From: Aquificaceae bacterium
GTDB lineage: Bacteria; Aquificota; Aquificia; Aquificales; Aquificaceae
DNA: 64,000 bases
Direction: 5' to 3'
NCBI GenBank assembly: GCA_039630345.1
Contig: JBCNVD010000034.1
Location: 3,231 to 67,230 of the forward strand
Program-made: the position numbers and the translations under genes
Shown: piece by piece, positions 9,491 through 16,532 of the stretch
How the letters are laid out: every line of letters begins with the position of its first letter
Position numbering within the stretch: position 1 is the first letter of the stretch
The notes under the pieces: generated by a model
Databases searched by the model: none
Told to the model about the DNA's origin: nothing
What the model saw: the letters and a program-made list of their open reading frames with translations, nothing else

Positions 9491-9492
9491 TT

Positions 9493-11601
9493 TTATCTCA
9501 ATCTTGCGCCAAATCTCTCCTCAAGGAGAGACAGCATCTTGCCAACTATGGCATTAACTTCCTCGTCAGAGAGTGTTTTTCCAGGGTCTCTAAATTTCAC
9601 TCTCAGACCTACGCTCTTTTTGCCTTCCCCAACGCCTAAGTAAATGTCAAACACCTTCACCTCTTCCACATTTGCAAATTCAAGCACCAAGTTAACTAAT
9701 TTAGCCACTTCTATCTCTCTGTCTACTACAACACTTAAATCCCTCACTACAGGAGCGAAGTTTGAAATTCTCTTAAATTCCGGTTTTTTCCTTACTGGCT
9801 TTTCAAATAATACCTCTCCAACATAGATTTCCCCCCTTAGCTCAAGTTTTTTTGCAACTTCAGGGTTTAAAATACCTACAAAACCCCTTATCTCGTCATC
9901 TTTTTTGTAGACAACTTGGACCCCCGGATGCAAAAACCCCAGCTTTTCCCTGCTTATTTCAAGCCCTTGGGTGAACTTTAAAATCTCATGAAATACTTCC
10001 ATAGCATCCCAGATATCATAATTTCTTGCCGGATAGAGTCTCTTTTCTCCAACTATTAAAAATCCAGCCCCGTAGAGCTCTCTCTTAGATTTATATACGC
10101 TATCTAACTCAAATATTGCCATGGAGTAGTTATGCCTGCTTTGGTTATAAGCACATGTCTTTAAAAGCCCTGTTATTATATTAGACCTTATGAATCTCAA
10201 TGATTTAACAAGCGGGTTAAGGATTTCTATCTTAGGTACATCCAGCCCAAGAATCTCGTAAACATCAGCCCCTTCAAAGGAGAAGTTTATAACCTCGTAA
10301 AGCCCAAGAGAGGTCAATCTATCTCTTAGCTCTTCTATTAAATCCTGCTCTTTATCACTTGCAGGGACACAAACCCTCTTTTTTTCAAAATTATCAAGCC
10401 CCTCAAGACGCATAAACTCTTCAATAAGGTCAACATCTTCTTTAATGTCATGCTCTCTCCAGCCAGGGACTTTCACATTTAAAACCCCGTTTTCAAAATG
10501 GCATTTAAATCCAATCCTTTCAAGAGCCTTTGAAATGTCTTCTTTTTTAACTTCTTTGCCGGCATACAATCTTAGTTTCTCAGGATTTAATCTTAAAATT
10601 TTCTCTTCTGAGAGATTTTCAACTATCTCAACCTTTACTATCTTGCCTTTGCAAAGCTCTTTAATCATCTCAAGGGCAATTGCAAACGCTCTTTTAACGC
10701 CCCTTTTGTCAACCCCTCTCTCAAATCGAAAAGAGCTCTCTGTTCTTACATTGACTGATTTAAAAGACCTTCTTACCCTGCGCGCATTAAAATAAGCCCC
10801 CTCAAGAAAGCACCTTTTTGTGCTTTTGCTAACTGCGCTATTTAAACCCCCCACAACACCCGCAAGGGCTCTAACCTCCTGCCTATCAGCTATAACCAGA
10901 TTTTCAGCCCCTAAACTTAGCTTCTCACCAGAGAGGGTTATAAACTCCTCTTTTGGCTTTGCATCTCTTACCTCAAGCGGGAGAGTTATCCTCTCTAGGT
11001 CAAAAGCGTGAAGAGGCTGACCTGTTAGCATCATCACATAGTTTGTAATATCAACAAGGGCATTAATTGGTCTAACCCCGCATTGCAAAAGTCTTTTAAC
11101 CATCCATTGTGGCGAAGGGCCTATCTCAAGCTCTTCTATAATCGCCCCTATGTATAGCTCGCAATCCTGCGATTTGATCTCAATAAGCCCCTGTGCGTTT
11201 GATTTAAGCTCTGGCGCCTCCAGCGGCTTTAAGTGGCTATCTGTAAGGGCAGCTATTTCCCTCCCAAGCCCATAAACGCTTAATAAATCCCCCCTGTTTG
11301 GCGTTGGGTCAATTTCGATAATTTCCTCACCATAGCCCAGCGCTTCTGAAAGGGTTCTGACGCTTAATTGCCCGCCAAGGCAAAATCTGTCTTCTACGCC
11401 AAATCCAAGGTCTTTGTAGGTTATGACTCTATTGCCATCTTTGGCTACATAAAACCCTTCCAGGAGCTCTAAATTACCATCAACCCCAAGGTCAAAGTAA
11501 GATATTGTGGCCTCTACGCTCTTTAAAGATAAAAGGTTTGCAACCTCCTTTGGGTCTTTGACCTCCACAAACTCCCTTAGCCACTCAAGCCCTAATTTCA
11601 C
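9493..11601 (-). CDS. pheT: Phenylalanyl-tRNA synthetase beta subunit
   Basis: 702 aa starting 'MKLGLEWLREFVEV' (GTG start). B3/4, B5, FDX-ACB-type domain order, ending '...LSLLEERFGARLR'. Confidence 0.9.
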   Translation of the reverse strand: MKLGLEWLREFVEVKDPKEVANLLSLKSVEATISYFDLGVDGNLELLEGFYVAKDGNRVITYKDLGFGVEDRFCLGGQLSVRTLSEALGYGEEIIEIDPTPNRGDLLSVYGLGREIAALTDSHLKPLEAPELKSNAQGLIEIKSQDCELYIGAIIEELEIGPSPQWMVKRLLQCGVRPINALVDITNYVMMLTGQPLHAFDLERITLPLEVRDAKPKEEFITLSGEKLSLGAENLVIADRQEVRALAGVVGGLNSAVSKSTKRCFLEGAYFNARRVRRSFKSVNVRTESSFRFERGVDKRGVKRAFAIALEMIKELCKGKIVKVEIVENLSEEKILRLNPEKLRLYAGKEVKKEDISKALERIGFKCHFENGVLNVKVPGWREHDIKEDVDLIEEFMRLEGLDNFEKKRVCVPASDKEQDLIEELRDRLTSLGLYEVINFSFEGADVYEILGLDVPKIEILNPLVKSLRFIRSNIITGLLKTCAYNQSRHNYSMAIFELDSVYKSKRELYGAGFLIVGEKRLYPARNYDIWDAMEVFHEILKFTQGLEISREKLGFLHPGVQVVYKKDDEIRGFVGILNPEVAKKLELRGEIYVGEVLFEKPVRKKPEFKRISNFAPVVRDLSVVVDREIEVAKLVNLVLEFANVEEVKVFDIYLGVGEGKKSVGLRVKFRDPGKTLSDEEVNAIVGKMLSLLEERFGARLR

Positions 11602-11611
11602 TTAAATAATT

Positions 11612-11636
11612 ATAAAAACCCGCCCCTTCGGGGCGG
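11612..11636 (-). terminator. Intrinsic-terminator-like hairpin plus U5 on the minus strand, 12 nt upstream of the pheT start (orphan terminator or attenuator)
   Basis: Minus strand reads 'ccgcccc-gaa-ggggcgg' followed by 'ttttt'. No minus-strand ORF lies upstream of it. Confidence 0.5.
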
Positions 11637-11771
11637 AGATAGTTTTGTGCAAAGCTTTTACTCTCAAACAGGCCTGTCAAGCATTGCTTCTTTTACTCTC
11701 TAACAACTTTCCAGAATCTTTACCTTCCGTCTTTGTGTATATCTCATTTTATCCCCTTTTTGATGTCAAGA

Positions 11772-11801
11772 TGACTCTTTAAGGCTAAATTATGGTATAA
11801 T
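11772..11801 (+). promoter_or_regulatory. Putative extended -10 promoter for the AAA/helicase operon
   Basis: 'TGgTATAAT' (TATAAT at 11796-11801) with a weak -35 'tgactc' 18 nt upstream. It would give a leader of about 145 nt before the ATG at 11953. Confidence 0.4.
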
Positions 11802-11952
11802 ATTCAAGTTAGGAGATGGAAGTTTAGGGGCTTAAAAAGACCTGAAAAATACCTTTATAAAATCGCCTCAAATATTAAAAAATCTCTGGAGAAACCCTGA
11901 AGCAAGAGTTTTAAAGCCTTGCTAAGTCTTTGAAATTAAAGGAGGAATAAAA

Positions 11953-13185
11953 ATGATAAGAATTATTAGAACCAAAGATTTTAAAAGGGTTTTACAAAAG
12001 CTGCAAGAGTCCTTACAGGAAGAGAATTTGCAAAATGGGAGCACTTACAGAATGCTGGTCTTTGGCGAGGGCATAGAGAGGATAGAAGGAACAGGCTTTA
12101 ACAAAGACCGATTCATTAGCGACTTAAAAAGCGGTCAAGAACTGACCTATGTTTTTAGAAACTTCAACCCTTTTTCTATTGATGAGCTTGTGCAAATTGC
12201 TGAGAAATATCTCCTTGCGGGAAATCCACTAAGAGTTGTCTTTCTATCCCCAACAATGGAAATTCCCCCGGAGCTTGAACCTTATGTAGATATAGAAGAA
12301 GACTATTTCCCAAGCCCTAAAGAGGCAAAGGCAGAAGGTCTTAATTATTTAGAGGGTCTTACTCTGGCAGAGCTTAAGAAAATAAGTCTTCTTAAGCTAA
12401 ATCCTTCAGAATACAGACACAACATTCTCAAAAGGTCTGGTGGAGTGCTGGAACTCCTTAAACCACACGAGGTAGATAGGGCTGTCGGGCTTTTTGAAAC
12501 CATACAGGTCATAAAAGCCATGAAGGGCAAAGGAAAAGGAGTGCTCCTTATGGGCGTTCCCGGAACGGGTAAGACATTAATAGCCAAGAACTTATCCAGA
12601 GAGGACACTGTTGTAAGGTTTAACTTCTCTGCAGTTTATACAAAGTATGTGGGAGAGAGCGAGCGAAAGCTGAGAGAGACTCTTAGGCTCGTTGAGGAGT
12701 TTGGCGAGTGCTATCTGTTTATCGATGAGTTTGAAAAGGCTCTTGCCATGGGCAGTGGAGATAGCGGTGTCTCCAGAAGGCTTCTTGGAGAGTTTCTTGG
12801 CTGGCTAGAGGATAGACCTACCAGGCAGTATTTAATAGCTACTGTCAATGACCTTACTGAGCTTCCCTTAGAGCTTATAAGGCCGGGTCGCTGGGATTTT
12901 ATCTTTGGTCTAACCCCACCCCCGCAGAGCGTGAGAAATCAGATAGTGGATTATTATGCCCAGAAGTATTCCCTGTCTTTTGATGAAAAGCTTGCAGAAA
13001 CGCAGGATATAACACCTGCAGATATAGCCACAATTTACCGGGTTGGAGCTGCGCTGGGCTTAAGTAGAGCCAGAAAGCTAGTAAAACTAACCAGAGATTT
13101 GCACCCAAAGTTTGACATAGTTCTTGAGCTGGTAAAAAGATACTCAGTGCTCGTGTGGGAGGAGCAAAATGAATACACTTTATGA
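11953..13185 (+). CDS. AAA+ ATPase, Ycf46-like (classic AAA clade) with an N-terminal Ycf46-type domain
   Basis: SD 'aaaggagg'. Walker A 'GVPGTGKT', Walker B 'YLFIDEFE', 'YVGESERKLR', 'GDSGVSRRLLGEFLGWLED', 'ATVNDLTELPLELIRPGRWD'. The N-terminal 'VFRNFNPF...VVFLSPTMEIPPELEPYV' pattern resembles Ycf46. Confidence 0.85.
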   Translation: MIRIIRTKDFKRVLQKLQESLQEENLQNGSTYRMLVFGEGIERIEGTGFNKDRFISDLKSGQELTYVFRNFNPFSIDELVQIAEKYLLAGNPLRVVFLSPTMEIPPELEPYVDIEEDYFPSPKEAKAEGLNYLEGLTLAELKKISLLKLNPSEYRHNILKRSGGVLELLKPHEVDRAVGLFETIQVIKAMKGKGKGVLLMGVPGTGKTLIAKNLSREDTVVRFNFSAVYTKYVGESERKLRETLRLVEEFGECYLFIDEFEKALAMGSGDSGVSRRLLGEFLGWLEDRPTRQYLIATVNDLTELPLELIRPGRWDFIFGLTPPPQSVRNQIVDYYAQKYSLSFDEKLAETQDITPADIATIYRVGAALGLSRARKLVKLTRDLHPKFDIVLELVKRYSVLVWEEQNEYTL

Positions 13186-14749
13186 GTGGCAGAGAGATTG
13201 TCTTGAAGTTATAAAAGATAAAAACGCCATAGTGTCTGCTCCCACGGGTGCGGGAAAGACCAGAGTTGCATACCTTTGGATGGAGCCACAGAAGGCTAAA
13301 GAAGGTAGACACAGGATTATCTACACGACCCCTATAAAAGCCCTTGCCAACCAGAAAGTCGAAGAGCTTATAGAACTCTACGGCAAAGACCTGGTGGGCA
13401 TAGAAACCGGTGACATAAAACGCAGAGAAAACGCCCCTATTTTGGTCTGCACTCAGGAAATTTACACCAGAAAGTATGCACACAAAGAAGAGCCTATGAG
13501 AGTGGTGATAGATGAGTTTCACTACATTTTCTCCGCTCAGGATAGAGCAAGGGCATATATACAGGGTATAGCAAAAGCCCATAGCGCTCACAAAATACTC
13601 ATAATGTCCGCTACTTTGGGAAACCCTCAAAAATTAAGGGACTATCTTTTTAAAACCACAAGCAAGGACTTTGCTCTGTATGAGACGAGCTTTAGACCCA
13701 CCAAGCTTACTTTTACAGACAGGGTTTTTAAGCTCGAGGAGATACCTCCTCATTCTTTAATTTATATTCTTAATACGGTTAGTATTGAAAGTATTGCAAA
13801 ACATCTAACGACCAAGCTCCCGGCGCTTCCTCTTTATAAAAGGAGAAAGATCAAACTTTTAGCAGATGAGTATAAGGTCAACCTCGAGAAATTCCCTGAA
13901 GTTTTTCACGGCGTTGCAAGATATTACTCAAGGCTTACTTACACAGAAAAGCGCTGGATAGAGAGACTCATAAAAGAAGGCTTTATCCATACTTGCTTTG
14001 CCACGAATGCACTCGGGGTGGGGGTTAACCTCCCATTCCAGTGGGTTCTCTTTGGTGGTGTGCGCCTACCTGGCATAGGGAGCACTAAATATCTTTCCAA
14101 AACCGACTTTCTTCAGCTATCTGGTAGAGCCGGAAGAAAAGGCTACTTTGATGAAGGTTTTGTAGGCTTCCTCTGGCATGATTTTCACTGCTACTATGAA
14201 GATATGCAAGAAAGTTTAGAAGAGTTTTTAAAACTCAAAGATAGACCCATGGAAGAGCCAAATGTGGTTTTAAAAATCGATGTGGAAGCCATAGTAAAAG
14301 GTCAAAGAACTCCCGAAGAAGAATATCAATACATCTTGCATTTCTCAGAGCCACCACCTGAAGAGTCAAAACTAAAAGAGGAATTAGAAAGAATAAAAAA
14401 AGAACTATCAAAAATTCAAGCAGGACAGCTGGAGTTTTTGAAAAGGTTTTATATCCCTGAACTTGATCTCCATAGCAACATAGAGCTTGCCAGGATGGTC
14501 CTGAGTCTTCCTGTAGTTGAATATAAAACCAAGAGGGGAAAAACATACAAAGCGCGGATTATTACCCCTTCGCTACTGAAATTCTTGGAAAAGTCAGACC
14601 AAATAAATTCTCTTTTGCTTAAAAGAAAGGTTTTAAAAATGCTAAACCGCAGGACCTTTGAAGGTATTCGTATAAGATGCTTGGGTATAGTGAAATTGGA
14701 AGATCAAATAAAAGCTCTTGACCCATTACTTTTGGAGGTGGGCGCATGA
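13169..14749 (+). CDS. Compact Ski2-like (DExH, SF2) helicase
   Basis: Motif I 'SAPTGAGKT', Ia 'TTPIKALANQK' (Ski2/Mtr4/Hel308 signature), II 'DEFH', III 'SAT', V 'FATNALGVGVNLP', VI 'QLSGRAGRKG'. SD 'gggaggag'. Overlaps the AAA gene by 17 nt. Confidence 0.85.
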   Translation: MNTLYEWQRDCLEVIKDKNAIVSAPTGAGKTRVAYLWMEPQKAKEGRHRIIYTTPIKALANQKVEELIELYGKDLVGIETGDIKRRENAPILVCTQEIYTRKYAHKEEPMRVVIDEFHYIFSAQDRARAYIQGIAKAHSAHKILIMSATLGNPQKLRDYLFKTTSKDFALYETSFRPTKLTFTDRVFKLEEIPPHSLIYILNTVSIESIAKHLTTKLPALPLYKRRKIKLLADEYKVNLEKFPEVFHGVARYYSRLTYTEKRWIERLIKEGFIHTCFATNALGVGVNLPFQWVLFGGVRLPGIGSTKYLSKTDFLQLSGRAGRKGYFDEGFVGFLWHDFHCYYEDMQESLEEFLKLKDRPMEEPNVVLKIDVEAIVKGQRTPEEEYQYILHFSEPPPEESKLKEELERIKKELSKIQAGQLEFLKRFYIPELDLHSNIELARMVLSLPVVEYKTKRGKTYKARIITPSLLKFLEKSDQINSLLLKRKVLKMLNRRTFEGIRIRCLGIVKLEDQIKALDPLLLEVGA

Positions 14750-15348
14750 TAGGAGTTTTGGAAATCAGCGAAAGTGGCAAAATCCTATTTCTCAGGGATA
14801 GAAAACGTAGCAGTTTTATGTTAATAAAAGAAAGTAGCAGGGAAAACCCTTTGCCTGAAGGGTATTATGTGGTTAGGCTTTTGGAATACTGGAGAAGTAG
14901 CAAGAGGACATTTCCTTACCTCTCGCTTGTAAAACCTTTGCCTGATTTGGAGAAAGATCCTCAAGAGGCTGCCTTAGCCTTATCAGAGATACCTCTGGAA
15001 ATCCAGAAGGAAGTTGTGGAAATTCTCACGCAGATGGGACAGGATATTAGCAGGATAAAAAACATCCTCAATTGCATAGCTATAAATGACAGAGGAGAGC
15101 TCCTTTGGGATGAAGAGCCAAAAGAGGATGAGTTTTTAAAAGAGCTCTTTATAAGCATAGATGAAGTAAGGAGGAAATATCATGAGATACTTGGAATTAA
15201 GCAAGAAAGGAAGAGTAAAAACCTTCAAGGGAGACTTTCCGCAGGTCGAAGCCCTGCTAAAAGAAAAAAGAGAAGAAAGAATAAGCCAAATAGTGCCAAA
15301 AAAGATATTACTCAGAATTCTCTGGAAGGTATTCAGATGGAGTTTTGA
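14746..15348 (+). CDS. Hypothetical protein (200 aa): OB/cold-shock-like N-terminus, acidic helical middle, highly basic tail
   Basis: ATGA start/stop overlap with the helicase and SD 'ggaggtg'. N-terminus 'GVLEISESGKILFLRDRK...EGYYVVRLLEY' resembles Rho/RNase R CSD-type OB folds. Tail 'RSPAKRKKRRKNKPNSAKK'. Confidence 0.6.
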   Translation: MIGVLEISESGKILFLRDRKRSSFMLIKESSRENPLPEGYYVVRLLEYWRSSKRTFPYLSLVKPLPDLEKDPQEAALALSEIPLEIQKEVVEILTQMGQDISRIKNILNCIAINDRGELLWDEEPKEDEFLKELFISIDEVRRKYHEILGIKQERKSKNLQGRLSAGRSPAKRKKRRKNKPNSAKKDITQNSLEGIQMEF

Positions 15349-15502
15349 GAAATTAGGCTACCAGAGGGGCATTAACTGGCTTAGGAGCTGGAAAGTAAGC
15401 TGGGTGGTAGTTATAAATGGAAGGGAAATGGCTGTATTTAAAGAAAGAGCAAAAGCCATAGAGTGGGAGAAGAAACACTTTATTAGAGGAGGTTTGCCAT
15501 GA
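15182..15502 (+). CDS. Hypothetical protein (106 aa), out-of-frame overlap with the preceding gene
   Basis: Strong SD 'taaggagg' 7 nt before the ATG at 15182. Its stop overlaps the next start (ATGA). I recognise no family. Confidence 0.5.
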   Translation: MRYLELSKKGRVKTFKGDFPQVEALLKEKREERISQIVPKKILLRILWKVFRWSFEKLGYQRGINWLRSWKVSWVVVINGREMAVFKERAKAIEWEKKHFIRGGLP

Positions 15503-15879
15503 GTATAAGAGTAGAAGGCATTATCGACCTGCCTTATTTTGACCTCAGAGACATACATACCTTGCAAGAGCTCCTGATGTTTTTAAAAGAGAATGAACTA
15601 TGTAAAGAGCTCAAAGATTACAGGGTTTTTGTCGAAGGAGGTATTTTGAAATTAGAGCACTCTAAAAGAAGCTGGAGCTACATAGAGATATCCCCCGAAG
15701 GGAGACTTGTCTGGGACGAGCATTATAGAGAAACTGTGGAAGAAAAAGACTCAATCCTTGGCGCTATAAGAGAATACTACCCTATGTTTAAAAAAGCGCT
15801 TGAGATACACTTGCAGGTGGGAGGAACAATCAGATACGACAGAGAAAGAGAGCTCATAATTCTGGAGGTTGAAGAATGA
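15499..15879 (+). CDS. DUF1257 (Ycf35)-like protein
   Basis: 126 aa with SD 'agaggagg'. The 'MS...I.DL...L..LL' N-terminus, central 'YIEISPEGRLVWDE', and C-terminal 'L..IREYY....L......G.I.......ELIILEV' resemble Ycf35/DUF1257 as I remember it. Confidence 0.5.
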   Translation: MSIRVEGIIDLPYFDLRDIHTLQELLMFLKENELCKELKDYRVFVEGGILKLEHSKRSWSYIEISPEGRLVWDEHYRETVEEKDSILGAIREYYPMFKKALEIHLQVGGTIRYDRERELIILEVEE

Positions 15880-16070
15880 GAAAAATAGTCTTTACCATAA
15901 CAAAAGAGGGGCAGGTCTTTTTGCAGGCGGAAGGTTATGAAAATCAGGAGTGCTTAAAAAGCCCCAGAGTTCAAAAATTGCTCGAAAGACTCAAACAAGA
16001 AGGCGAGATAGAGAGAGTGGAGCTTGAAGGACAAAAAGAAAGTCTTAAACAGGAAGAAAAGCTCTGGTAA
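15876..16070 (+). CDS. DUF2997-like small protein
   Basis: 64 aa with SD 'ggagg' and an ATGA overlap. 'KIVFTITKEGQVFLQAEGYENQECLKS' fits the DUF2997 pattern (I.f.I..dG.v...v.G..g..C). DUF2997 is typically adjacent to DUF1257. Confidence 0.5.
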   Translation: MRKIVFTITKEGQVFLQAEGYENQECLKSPRVQKLLERLKQEGEIERVELEGQKESLKQEEKLW

Positions 16071-16079
16071 AAGGGCTTT

Positions 16080-16532
16080 TTAATCTATCTTAAAAGATAG
16101 ACCTGGCTTTATGCTTTTGAGTTTGCCATCTTTATCAAAGGTAAATGTCGAAGGCAGAAACTCAATCGTGTAAAACTCATTTAGCTTAACTGGAGTGTCA
16201 ACCAGCGTTATAAATTCCGGGTTTTGTATTTTCATCTCTTCATAGCTTGATTTAACGTCTTTGATATCCATAGCAACTGCGTAAGAGACTATGTAGATGT
16301 CTTTTCTTTCCTTTGCAATTCTCTGTAGCTCTTTGAGGTGTCTTTCGTGCCCTACGCAGGTTCTGCTCCAGACATATAAAATAACTGGCTTTCCCCTAAG
16401 AGAGTTTAAGTATAGTTCTGTCCCTTGAAGGTCTCTTACCTTAATGCGCGGAAGCGCGTTCTGGCAAGAGAAAATTCCTAAAAGAATAAAAACTTTAAGC
16501 GTTAACCAGAACTTTCTCTTTAAAGTCTGCAA
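16080..16532 (-). CDS. TlpA/redoxin-like thioredoxin-fold lipoprotein with a single-Cys active site
   Basis: Lipobox 'LLGIFSC'. Thioredoxin-fold 'KPVILYVWSRTCVGHERH', where the usual CxxC is C-V-G-H. 'LPSTFTFDKDGKL'. Confidence 0.65.
   Translation of the reverse strand: MQTLKRKFWLTLKVFILLGIFSCQNALPRIKVRDLQGTELYLNSLRGKPVILYVWSRTCVGHERHLKELQRIAKERKDIYIVSYAVAMDIKDVKSSYEEMKIQNPEFITLVDTPVKLNEFYTIEFLPSTFTFDKDGKLKSIKPGLSFKID

Noticed and set aside
9297-9492. THF or ZTP riboswitch upstream of the folate-related 5-FCL gene
   Set aside because: I could not find the conserved cores I remember (for example ZTP 'CCGCCUGGGC' or the THF three-way junction consensus). This is left as an unspecified structured RNA.
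9361-9643. Two + strand ORFs (92 and 78 aa) covering the pheT 3' end and the GC-rich spacer
   Set aside because: They are antisense to pheT, Pro/Ser/Arg-rich as expected from GC-rich non-coding or antisense sequence, and have no SD. The spacer is better explained as RNA or regulatory.
12899-13630. 243-aa ORF antisense to the AAA ATPase/helicase junction
   Set aside because: It lies entirely within two well-supported sense genes with clear motifs. Its sequence is Cys/Phe/Leu-rich and has no SD, so it is a typical shadow ORF.
14235-14546. 103-aa minus-strand ORF inside the helicase gene
   Set aside because: It is antisense to the helicase C-terminal region and has no start context, so it is a shadow ORF.
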